Source: Nymphaea colorata (lineage: Eukaryota). Taken from it: a DNA stretch of 64,000 nucleotides. The position numbers and the translations under genes were made by a program. This document shows positions 39,551-51,337 of the stretch, in pieces; positions within the stretch are counted from its first letter, which is position 1, and the number at the start of each line of letters is the position of its first letter. The notes under the pieces were generated by a model. The model made no database searches. It was not told the DNA's origin and saw only the letters and a list, made by a program, of their open reading frames with translations. The stretch lies in the NCBI RefSeq assembly GCF_008831285.2, contig NC_045138.2, forward strand, positions 39,618,001 to 39,682,000. Direction: 5' to 3'.

Positions 39551-42448
39551 CTATTGGTAGTCTCTGTTGGGCATGGGAGGAAAATCTCTATTCGGTGGGG
39601 GAGGCGTGTCTCTGTTAGGCATGTTGTTGCCCTGGTAGCCGTAGCCCTGGTAATTGTTTCCTTGATATCCTCCCTGGTAATTGTTTGGTGGCATGTTGCC
39701 CATGTTTCCCATGTCTCTGTTCTGGAAATTGCCTCCCATGTCCCTGCTCTGGAAATCTCTATTGGGCATGTATCCTTGATCTCCTGCGGGCATGTCACGA
39801 GGCGGCATAGCATTTTGGTTATAAGGATTGGGATTCTGGAAGTCGTGGCTGGGCATAGGAGGTCGACCAGGTGGTGGCATCCCTTGCTGAGCATTGGGAG
39901 GAGGAGGATTTTGGAAGTCACGGTTGGGCATAGGAGGTGGACCAGGTGGTTGCATGCCTTGCTGAGCATTGGGAGGAGGAGGATTTTGGAAGTCACGGTT
40001 GGGCATAGGAGGTGGACCAGGTGGTTGCATGCCTTGCTGAGCATTTGGAGGAGGAGGATTTTGGAAGTCACGGTTAGGCATGGGAGGCATGTCCCGGCTC
40101 TGGAAGTCCTGGCTTTGCATATTCTGCCTTCTTCTCTCAAAGTTTCTCGACCTGTCAAAGTTGCGAGGCCTATCATTTCTTCTGGACCTCTCATTGGCTC
40201 GGGCATTGTTCCTCACCCATTCTTCGTGATACTTTGGATCGTAGGGTACTGCTTTTCCATCTATGAATGGCTCTCCTGGATATTGACAAAGAAGACATGC
40301 GTAGTGGCAATCAAAAAACAAAAAACAAAAAAATTTGTTGAACCCAAAAGTCCCACTAAAAGATTGTATCTAACACACTCGACTAAAGCCAATCAAAATA
40401 TTGTATCTAACACACAAGTCAACTCACAATAGCAAAAGGCATATGTCATAACAAAAGAACTATGATGGACTTAAGGTTACATGGTCATAGTAAAACTCTA
40501 GAAGTCCATAGTGTGTCTTAAGATTAAGGAACTCATTCATATAAATGGACCAGAATAAGACCATTTTTTAAACTAACAAAGAATTCATATAAATGGACCA
40601 GAAGCTTTAATTACAGCTTGCACAGGTTCAGCAATTCTAGCGTAGAATACTAACCTCCGTAGTCTTTGTTCTTGACATCAAGATAAGAATCAGGAAGAAC
40701 CCAACGAACTCTTGGTAATGCTGCCAGATAGAAAAAATCAAGTACACATAAATAGACCACAGAAACAAAATCGAATATGCAAAACACCTCCTACTTACGC
40801 TTTATTTTGTATGAGAGTTCCTCTGAAACTTTGCATCCAAAAGCAAAGTAGTGCCTAGTTGAAACAGAATAAATTGATTTCCTTGCTTCATCCTCACTAA
40901 GACCAGACAAACAATCATAAGGCCTCAATCAATAGTGGATAAAACTAAAAGGAATTGCCGAGCTCATTCGCTAACCATTCTCAATCAAAATAACAAGAAA
41001 AGGCAAAATAAGATGGAGAAATCAGCAAAGGTAATCTTCACTTAGATAAAGGAATTACAAAACTAATTCGATAACTTCCCTCTACTAAGGTAACAACAAA
41101 ACACCAAATGGGATGGAGAAATCAGCAGATGAAGCCATATTTCATCAAGCAACAAAATATTCTGAAACCAGACGAATAAGATTTGTTTCTTTAGCCATCT
41201 TTGGCTTTAATTTGGGAAAATAAATTTCACTAAAACAATGAACGTTCCTCTAGTTCATAATTAATCACCCGTAAGAGCTTTGCAATGAACACACCTTCCA
41301 CATGCATAAAAAACAAGGTAGGGCGAAAAAGCAAAGGATGATTAACCGCCCAGTTTCAAATTTCAGCCGTTATATGGCAAACTACAATAGGAACGACAAA
41401 AACCGCAATAAAGACAAGAAAGGGGCATTCGGCGGCATGGTTTTACTAGAGGACCTAGCTAACTTAGAAAGCTCCAATATCAATCTGCAAAGCCTTCTTC
41501 AATACGTCATCAGTCTTTGGATAAATCGGAGGGCAAATGCATGCCCTAAGATTTCTTTTGTACCATAAATAACTCATTTCCGAGTTTTACCTACTCGGTA
41601 CTAACAAGTGAACACTCTCCCCCAACCCTAAAATCTGGAAAATAAGAGGAAAATCAGGAAAACTATTCAATACGAGATCATCATTTACAAAATAGAAACT
41701 GTAATATGCACACTCATGGGAAGATGCGAACGCGTTACCGAAAAGGATTACCAAATAAACAACGTTTAGCATTTTCTTTTTTCGCTACAACTCCTTCCAA
41801 GCTGAAAAACTCGACGAAACGCAACCATGAATCCAAAACATGGAAAGCAGGAAAAATATTCAATCCGAGCTCGTCACTATCAAAATATAAACTGTAACAT
41901 AACGTGCATAAACAAACGCGTCATCAAAAGAATTACCAAACTACCAATGGTTAACATTTTTGGTTTCTCGCAACAACTTCAAGAAAGCTAACAAACTTGA
42001 AGAAAGTAACCGTGAACCAGAACATCCATCTACATAAGAGAGAGAGAGAGAGAGCTAACCTCCCAAGAACCTGAGCAAGCGTCTTAATATAGCTATCGAT
42101 GATCTCGTCCCTGGTGGGATTCCCCTCGGGCGGCTCCATGACGATCAGCCAGTGCTCGAAATCGCACCCATCCAACAGAATCGTTTCCTTAGGTGGCCGA
42201 TTGCTCCAGTTTGGCGAAGAATCGTTCAGGGACGAAGTGGTCGGCCTGGTGGTCGCCATACAACGCACGCCCATCGCCGGAATCCGGGTGATTTGCTGTA
42301 GGGCAGCGAGAGAACGGACAGAGAACCCTGCATAAAACCGCGAAGGGCGGGCGCCAGCGACGGCAGAAAAGGAGGAGACTGAAGACGGCCTCCACGAAAC
42401 CAGAGCCCGCCTCAGAAGAAGAGACCTTCCCAGGATCGCCGACGCCAT
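39551..42448 (-). CDS. MORF8: Multiple organellar RNA editing factor, MORF8/RIP1-like, 425 aa. Exons 42448-42060, 40896-40799, 40720-40655, 40275-39551
   Basis: Spliced length 1278 nt, open frame. N-terminal transit-peptide-like sequence, then the MORF box ([24 protein letters not shown]...[32 protein letters not shown]...[24 protein letters not shown]), [19 protein letters not shown], and a long Pro/Gln/Asn-rich tail as in MORF8. Confidence 0.95.
39836..40090 (-). repeat. Coding minisatellite, 75-bp unit, about 3.3 copies, in MORF8 exon 4
   Basis: TTGGAAGTCACGGTT recurs at 39911, 39986 and 40061; peptide unit [25 protein letters not shown]. Confidence 0.95.
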
Positions 42449-42518
42449 TGACGACCGGGACGAGAGCGCGAGAGTGTACAGTGACGACAGAAATGGTAAA
42501 CAGGGGAACCCTAAGCTT

Positions 42519-42526
42519 AAACCCTA
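42519..42526. promoter_or_regulatory. Telo-box (AAACCCTA) just upstream of the MORF8 ATG
   Basis: Exact motif about 70 nt upstream of the start codon, with a second near-copy AACCCTAA at 42507-42514. Confidence 0.5.
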
Positions 42527-44274
42527 GCCAGAGGGACTGAGGGAGGATGAGCGAGGAGACCTTTTATATGGAAGAGTGAGGATGAAACCCTTTCTTCCGA
42601 TATTTTCTCTCGCATGCTCGATCTAGCGCTTTATAAATGTTCCAAGAACGAAATGTCTTAAGGGCCGTTTGATAATTGGAAAATTTATTCCAGAAAATAC
42701 TTTTCCTATCTATCCCGAGTGAAATATTATGAGAGAAAAGTCTTTATTTTCTAGCAATTTACAAAGTTGAACGGGTGAAATTTGAATCATGTTTGTGATT
42801 TATTGTAACAGAAAAAAAATCACCGATTTGTATGGTTCTTTTAAAACCTTAAGCCCCAAACAATCTATAGCTGTTTGAGTGAAGAGCAAGAGACTCACTG
42901 CTCGGTAGAAAGTTAGCAGTTATCCCCTTAGAGCCTTTTCTTATTGTACTATGCATTAAAATCAAAAATTGGTTAAATGTATCGAATATTTTAAAAATGT
43001 TTCACAAATCTACCCATTTTTTGAAACAAATGCATAAAATTATTATTGTTCTCAAACAGCCCCTAGGATCTCTGACACCATGTACAAATTTGTTACTGTT
43101 TAGTAAAACTGACCTAAAAGTTATAACAGATTCATAAAATCTTATATTATAGTGTTTTATGAATGTAACCCAAATTTTAAAGCAAACTTAATAGATAGTA
43201 ACAAATTATTGATCTCAAATGCCTCTTAAAGTAGAAAGCTTGTTTTCCATGAAGTCTGATTCACTTTTGCTCAGTGTTAAAATAAAAAAGGAAAAAAATC
43301 AGCCTTGAAAGGAACCCGTATTGCTCTTAATTTCATATTTTTAATTTAAAACCGGCTCAATTATTTTGAACTAATTTTAAAATAACACATAGATTTACGT
43401 TGGCCCTACTTCAGTGAGAGTAAACAAATAAATGATGAAGAAGATCTCAAGGCACGTAACACTCAATTACGCGGCCTGAAAAGAACGACAATGTAACTGT
43501 ACATACTTTATTAAAACGTTTCAAAAACAAAACTTTCCTGTTTGAGATTTCACTTGTATAGATTTAATCATCTTATGGAGGAAGACTTGGAAACATGTTC
43601 TTGCATTGCATGAATAAGATTTTATAACATAAATTGAAGATATTTAGATGGTTCATTTTTTTCATCCTTATAAAGTTTTACTTGTACATCTGCAAAGATA
43701 ACATAGAAATCCTTAATTAGGAATGTGCTTGCATTGAGAAAATCATCATAGTTACTTCATCCTTATTGAAGTCGCTTTGGAAGTAGAAAAAGTTCATTTC
43801 AGTTGCTTACTTGCTTATCTTCCAAAATAAAAGGAAGAAGATTTTATAGGATTTAATGAACTCGAAAATTTAGTTTAATAAAGTCTAGATACACATCCAA
43901 TAATTGGTTAATCAAAATCCCAAATCTGAACATCGCGTAAACTTTAGTATCATGGCATCCAAGGCCAAATTTAGTATCAGATAATAATGGACTAGGAAAA
44001 CAAGTACATGTTAATTTAAAACTTCGGATTAGTTCAGTCTGGATCAAAATCCAGATTCAATGTATGAACTTTTTAGAAAAAAGGAGAAAATAGAAAGTAT
44101 CAATATCAAAATAAACACTTTAAATGCAACGCTATCTTGTAAGCATTTTATTTACATTCTCTGTGATTCTCTACCTTCCTAAAAGCTTGCTGGGGACTAT
44201 AAATGCAACGATATAAAAAAGGCTCATTCTCTTGTGCCATCTATTGCAAGGTTGAGACCCATAAAATGCCTTTC

Positions 44275-44378
44275 AGGGTTGTTTGGTAGTAGTATAACTA
44301 TTATTCCATGAATCGACCCCAATCTTTAGTGCAAGTTCATAAAACACTCACAAATTGTCTCAGATGACAAACGACCCC
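44275..44378. mobile_element. Tourist-like MITE
   Basis: Ends AGGGTTGTTTG / CAAACGACCCC with TTC on both sides; interior matches 25442-25594. Confidence 0.6.
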
Positions 44379-44968
44379 TTCGGGTCTTCACAGATTGGAC
44401 AATGGACAAGGCCTGGCTTGGCCCAGTGCTCAGCCCTGTTTCCTGTCATGGCCAAAGCTATACATCTGGAACTACACAGACAGGAGGCAGAAAATCTTAG
44501 AACATCCATCAACTGCAGATAACAGGAAGAAATTAGCTTACAATAGCAACGGGAAGTGGGAGAACATCTTAGCAAGTAAACATTTTCTTCAGACCAGCTT
44601 ACTCTTCAAGAAGAAGTAACAGTTTCTCCAGCATTACAGATGGTAGACATCCATTTAAGTGATACCACAGTTAATACAAATAGAGATTACCATAACAAGT
44701 TACAACAAACCAGATAAGAACTATGCATAATAGTTCTTTCTGATCTTTAGCGACCGACTTTATGTGATACCACTGTGGTAAGTACCAGATTTGTTCCATG
44801 CATGAGACATCTTCAATGCTTCATAACCTGAACAGAAACCGGTCATGATTTGCATTAAATGGACAACCACCAATCTAGGTGTGTGGAATATGAAGTTTCA
44901 GTTCCAAAGAGAGTTAACAAGGACCCAGTAATTCCCCTTCTTGAGCAGATTCATAAATGTATACAGGT

Positions 44969-47547
44969 TTATGATGAGGAGCTCGAAGATTCGAATGGTG
45001 AACTCCTGTGCCTTTTGCTCGAAACTGTGCTCCTCGGTGAGAAATCTGTAGAAGAAACTCTTTCCAAAACAGACTTCAGGGCTTGTTGGACTGATCTTGC
45101 AGCAGACCGTTGCTTCGCCTCATCGACATGTTCTCCTGGTGTGAAGATGAATACATTTTTTACCCTTCCTCCCAAAGTAGAAGTCTCTGCACTAACTGTC
45201 TTCAATTGAAGATTTTGCAGCATTTGCTTTAATTCAGTCCAAAGCTCTGGCCGATCATCACAACATAGTGATGCTCTTATATAAGAAGTGCCTTTGTCAG
45301 CATCATATTTGTCAGCATCATATTCCACTTGCACTTCATCATAATCTGTTGGAACAACACAACCTTTGGTGAGTACCTCAGCATTTCTCTTTAATTCCTT
45401 TACATTGGTTATTACTTCCGCAAGCAGCGAAGCCTTGTCCATCTGCATCCGAGAATAAACTTTCAGTTATATTTATTACTTTCCCTCAGGAGAAAAACAG
45501 ACATGGAAGGAAAAGATTGCAGGACAAGTGAAAATGACTCTCAAAAATGATAGAGAGAGACTAAATATCATTTAGAAAGAAGATGATGACAGGATGTGGC
45601 ACAGAAAATCACGATACTTTATTTATTAAAAGGTAAACAAAAATAGAAGGAAGCTATTCTTCGTTGGTCTGTTTTCTATCAACAAAAGGTAAATAAAATA
45701 GGTGTTTCTCCACTTGTACCAGATGAAAGGTTAAGAAGGGAGAAAGTCAACACAAAACAGCAAGAAAAATGAAAGTCAATGAAGTAATTCGAAGGCTTCC
45801 ATTATTCCACATCAAATACTTTTAACAGGATAGGAACCACACAGCAATGATGATGGAATCTACCAAAAGAAATCGATGCCATCCTAGGACAAAAAATGAC
45901 GATCAAAACACAAAATAAAGGAATTTGCAACTTCATAGAAAAGAATAACGATGCAAGTGAAAGCATCTGATCTTAGAACTGAGATTCTAGACGGATCTGC
46001 TGATGCAGAAGGAGGTTCCCACACAAAATCCAGGCTCTATCAACAAAGGATGTTAGTTCCTATCTTGGTTGACTTTCAGATCCTCAATTTTCTACTTCAT
46101 ACTGGCTGATGCTCAGATCAAAGAACTGATCTTTGTGGAAGGTCTGACCTCAAACCTGAGGGTTATGTAGTTAGATCAGATCTAAGCTTATCAAAACAAT
46201 TATTAATTATGCTTATCAAAGAGCCCCAGGAGAAAAAAGGAATAACATTTGGATTTTGAATGATACACCAGGACCCACAACAGCAAGGCATTTTACGATT
46301 CTTATATATGGCTTCACCATCTTAGATCATACCTCCCTAGGAATATTACAGATCGAAGGTTCAGAAACTACATCCAAAAAATCTCCTTCTCTCCCACCCC
46401 CCCCGCCCCCCACCCCCAGAAGTGCATGGTTTACCATGGCTTTAAGGATGTCAGACACTTTTCTGAATGATCGGATCTGGCATGGACCCCACTCCTAGAT
46501 GCATGTGGGCCATGGATCCTTTGATAAGATATTCGGGCACAGATTAAGCACAAAAACCATACAGGAGAAACATAAGTAATATACCGACTCTAATCTAATA
46601 AAGCAAGAACCAGGCACAGAGAGCAGAAAAAGAAGAAAGAAATCAACTAAGCAGATCCTTACCTGACTAATACACACATAACATAAATACATGATCACAG
46701 TTGATATTCAACTGAGTGAGTTAATAAGATACAAACCTTATGAAGCAGATAGAGGATCAAGAAAAAACCTATCTCGTTGATGTTAACCAGTTTTTCTGCT
46801 TATTCTCCCATTTTAATTGTTCATAGTTCATACTATGCATTTGTTACCGGAAACCAGGAAAAGGGAAAGAAAAAAAAGACAGAACAAGAAAGAGAGAGAG
46901 AGGGAGAGAATTAAGAATTATAGACCACTTCCAGTAATGATCACGCCATACTCAAAGCCTTATTATTTCTGGCCTACATGTGCACACACACACTGTCACA
47001 CACACACACATAGATTCACCTTGGTGGTGCAGGGCACAAGTCCCCTCAACGTGGTCAGGTGACGGTTGATCCTCTCCCTCCGCAAAGAGAGAGAGAGGGA
47101 GAGAATTAATAATTATAGACCACTTCCAGTAATGATCACGCCATACTCAAAGCCTTATTATTTCTGGCCTACATGTGCACACACACACTGTCACACACAC
47201 ACACATAGATTCACCTTGGTGGTGCAGGGCACAAGTCCCCTCAACGTGGTCAGGTGACGGTTGATCCTCTCCCTCCGCCTCCTTTCCGCTTCGCTGTGAC
47301 TCTTCAATGCCATCGTGGCCTTCGCCTCCGCCATCTCCTTCCTCATCAGGTCGCTCGCCTTCACCAGCTCCCCTTTCTCGCTGTCCAGCACCAGGGAGGA
47401 AGATGACGACGACGACATCAGCGCGCCGACATTAAACTGACCACCACCATGCCCAAACCCACCAAAAACCCCGGAGAACCGCTTCCTTCCGACATCTCCT
47501 GCCGCGTGAAAAGAACCCATCATCTGCATCTCCTCCCCGACCATCAT
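44969..47547 (-). CDS. bHLH transcription factor, subgroup Vb (TMO5/bHLH32, bHLH30, bHLH106-like), about 268 aa. Exons 47547-47215 and 45442-44969
   Basis: Exons join in phase 0 (AAG|GTGAAT ... TGCAG|ATG): AEAKATMALKSHSEAERRRRERINRHLTTLRGLVPCTTK|MDKASLLAEVITNVKELKR, then the ACT-like C-terminal region IRASLCCDDRPEL...TLGGRVKNVF. The upstream motif SLVLDSEKGELV is also typical of this clade. Start is taken as the first in-frame ATG. Confidence 0.9.
46889..47278. repeat. 195-bp tandem duplication spanning the bHLH exon 1 end and intron start
   Basis: Copies at 46889-47083 and 47084-47278; one substitution seen (TTAAGAATT vs TTAATAATT). Confidence 0.95.
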
Positions 47548-49657
47548 CCACTTCCTTCTTTCTTCCCCTTCCTTGCCCTTCACCCTCTGCCGTCCCTTAA
47601 GCGCTACAAAGCATGATCTCTGCACCAGGAGGACGGCTCGTGGGGGCAGTCCAGCGAATCAACCTTCGGCACCGAAACTGGATCCCTTCCACTTCTCCAG
47701 TCGGCGTTTTCTTCCCTTCCATCACGGTCGCGGCTTAGACAAAGAATCGATGAAGAAGGGAGCTTAGCGTTCGATTACCACCATCTCTACAGGCTCTGAA
47801 ATAACTATCTCATCTTTTTGGTGGAATCGTATTTCCAATTACGGGAGGAAAATGAACACCCAAGTGAGGAGAGGGAAGAAATCTGAGGAAATGGAAGACT
47901 TATAAAGCAGACGGTGGTGCCGATTCTAGGACGCATCACCATCATGGAATCGGAGGGCCCTCCCTTTGGCTTTATAGGCCAGGAGTTATCTGCCTTTATT
48001 TTTTTCAACGGTTCTCTTTTTTCTTCTTCCTCCTCCTCTTCTTTCAACGGCACTTTTACCTTTCTCTTCATTTTTTACCTAAACATTGCTTTTGTCAAAA
48101 TGATAAACATGGTTTCTTACATTTCCAAAATAATACCAAAAAAAACATTTTTCTAGCAAAAAGTAACATAAGGTACTTTCTTATACTGTTTAATTTTATT
48201 ATAGGTGTAATAAATACATTAAATAAATATTCCTGGTGGCTATGGTTGTGGGCTGCATTTTTAAAGACTTCCCAAGTCCTCTTGATGCATCTGATAAGAA
48301 CCAGTGCAGGTCTTTTTATATGCTCTGCAACATGACGAACTAAAGTACGCACTGTTTTGGTTTTTTCTACACTCACAATAAAACTATGGACAACTGAGAC
48401 ATCATTCCTTATCTTACAAGGATGAAAAACCCACAAACAACATAAATGCTTGCAGGAAAAGAAAGGAAGAGTTATTTATTTGCAACGGCACATTAAAAAA
48501 TAATCTTGTAGATGTTATGGACATATAATTATAAAGATGGCAACACAATTATAATAAGTTGTTCATAATGATCCAGTCGATGGATTCATCTGCAAGTGTT
48601 AGATTTATTATATCATATGGCAATCGTGATGTAAACCGACCAACTATTCCCAATCATATGTAGTTGATGTCCAATAAGCAGGTTTGCTCCGATGCATATG
48701 TTTGTAAAATACATGTTCTAAGAGCATTATGTTCTTGTTTTAACATGTCTAGCAATCCGAACAATATCTGTGATTACCTCATGTTTCTCGGAACAAGATC
48801 ACGGTGTTCTTGTAGCATTTGCTGTGGGAACATGTGTCTTAAGAAAACAATGTTCCTCTTACCAAACGCCCTCTTAACTTTGCGAAATAGGTCCCAGATG
48901 TATCTACTCACCAAACCAAACACGAAACTATTTTAACCAAATTTGGTAAAATATGGTTTTGGCCATAATTAAGATCGATTAATTATAACATTTGCAAATG
49001 AACCTAATTTCAAGGGCTTTGAACTCTTCAAATCAAATGAATCTTGCGATGCAAACGCGCTCAAATTCAAAACAAGCACCTTCCTTAGGCTACACGTAGC
49101 GAATGTGAAAGCGCCACATGTCGTGTTATCGTGTTCAATTAACATTTTAATGCGTGATTTTCTTGCTTCTTTGAATGTGATGCTTCATTTTCTTCCGTAT
49201 AATTAACATGTCGTAAGATTCAGGCTGATCTAACCCTAGATGAGCATTTGCCATGGACCAACTACCTTAAAATTGACAGCCAAATGAATATACAATGCTA
49301 ATAAAAGTCGTGACAAGTATGACTTTGCAAGAAGGGAAAACCGACACTCCATGTCAAGGATGGGTTACTTCTAAAATTAACCAAAAGTAAATTATGAAAG
49401 TGATTATTTACCCATATATATGACTTTCATAGCTTGCAATGCTGAATTGAAGATGTATCTAATATTCGTACTTCTCACAATCTTAACAGGATATATTTAA
49501 CTTTTTAGTTAATATTCATCTTACCTTTGGCCCTTCGCAAGTCTAAGCGTTGGTGATTCCTTTGGCATACATGGTTATGTGTCTTTTGGTGGCAGATTTG
49601 GATCATTTGCAATGAAATGAAGTCTTCTTTCATGAAGATTTTTATTTTCATTTAATG

Positions 49658-49692
<35 letters not shown>

Positions 49693-49941
49693 GAAAATCT
49701 AAATAATACCAACATCTCATTAATAATTCGAACAAATAAGTTTATCGTCCTCTTCATTAAATGTTAGTGGTCAATACTGAACATTTAATTGAACAAGTGA
49801 AAAGTTGAATAGTCTATTGTGTTATACTGACAATCCATTTCAAACAATTACTGGGATAACTATCTCTACCTCTTTCATTCATCGGTACTTTGAGCACGAA
49901 TAACAGAAGAAACAGTCATTTGGACGTCTCTAATAAAGAGT

Positions 49942-49945
<4 letters not shown>

Positions 49946-50010
<65 letters not shown>
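49946..50010. repeat. (TA)n microsatellite
   Basis: Directly visible. Confidence 0.97.
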
Positions 50011-50013
<3 letters not shown>

Positions 50014-51175
50014 CCCATAAAATGAAAATATATAACAAAATTTGGGGACAAGAAGTCCCCCAAGAATAAGTTGCAAAAATAACGATGATTCTTGCTAATC
50101 TTATAAAGGATCAGCTTTCTTGCGGATATGAATAGTTGAATCTTGGACCCACATGCAACCAGAATGCCAAAGTAACGATGATTCATAGCTTGGAGCTTTT
50201 CGCTTGGATCTTAGCACCCGCGCAAGTACCACTAGTTTTTTCCATGCTTTATGCTGGCCCACTGCCGATTTGAGTAGTTCAAAGCCCTAGATCCGGCGAA
50301 GTACTGTAAAAACACATACTTGGTCATGAACAACCAAGTTCTTGAACTTGTACCTTCTCCACAACCATGGTGATAGCCTTTGGCAGATGCAAATGCAAAC
50401 AATTTCTCTGGTACCAAACACATATCTTCACCTGTGGGAATCTTGATTTTCCCAGTTCTTGAATTTCTAGGATCTTGTGCAGGCAAGATGGTACCATCAT
50501 GGCCACTAAGCTTGTCCATGCCACTAACCCTTGTTTGGATGCTGAATTGGATTTCTTTACATCTTCTACAGTGACAAGAAAGTTTGCATGTGGAATGTGG
50601 GTCCAGATTAAAATCAAGAAATGATGAGATGATTCTATATGTGGAGTATGTGTGGATCTTCACTATAGAAAATGGAAGCCCAATGTCACAAAAAGTCATC
50701 AAAAGGATGAGGATGAAAGCACAAGGCCCATCACCATGTTGTGATTCTCAATGTTTATTGTAGTTGGAATAGATGCTCATACTTTCCTTCTTTATTTTAT
50801 TCCCTATACTCAGTAAAACCTAAAATTGGCAGTGGGTCTATGTTGGGATCTCCTAAGTTTTCGATCCATTTTTGCTGTGCATCCAAAATTTTTTGTCAAT
50901 GCAGATTCATAAAGCACTTTGTTGTTGATGTTCCATGAATTTACCTCAATCTTAAGGATATGTTCATAGAATATTAATAACTCATTACTGTTATCGAAGG
51001 GCTTATAAGTAAGAGGTGTTTGATGCGAGGAGAAAAATATCACACTCACATAGTGCAGCATTCTATGGCAGTTTCATGAGATTGGTAGGACGATAATCAA
51101 GAAACTCACTTTTCTATCTATTCTACTCAAGATGTAATGCCCTCAGTGTTTGATAAGAGAAATATTGCATTCTTA

Positions 51176-51337
51176 GGGAACATTTGGTATTGGAAATACC
51201 ATGTGAGTGTTTTATGAATCTACTCCAAAGTAAAGACATATTTGTAAAACACTTGTTCAAGAGTTTTATGAATCTGCTCTAGTTTTAACGCAGATTCATG
51301 AAACACTTACATGGTGCTCATAATGTCAAATGGCCTC
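51176..51337. mobile_element. Tourist-like MITE
   Basis: Ends GGGAACATTTGG / TCAAATGGCCTC with TTA on both sides; internal GTTTTATGAATCT / TTCATGAAACAC motifs shared with the other Tourist-like copies. Confidence 0.6.

Noticed and set aside
39554..40432. 292-aa plus-strand ORF and 222-aa alternative minus-frame ORF (39538-40206)
   Set aside because: Shadow frames of the repetitive MORF8 exon 4.
47548..47625. N-terminal extension of the bHLH protein shown in the ORF track
   Set aside because: That ORF starts at GTG; the first in-frame ATG is at 47547.
50232..50702. 156-aa minus-strand ORF in intergenic DNA
   Set aside because: No recognisable motif in any frame I translated and no supporting gene structure; needs BLASTX before any call.
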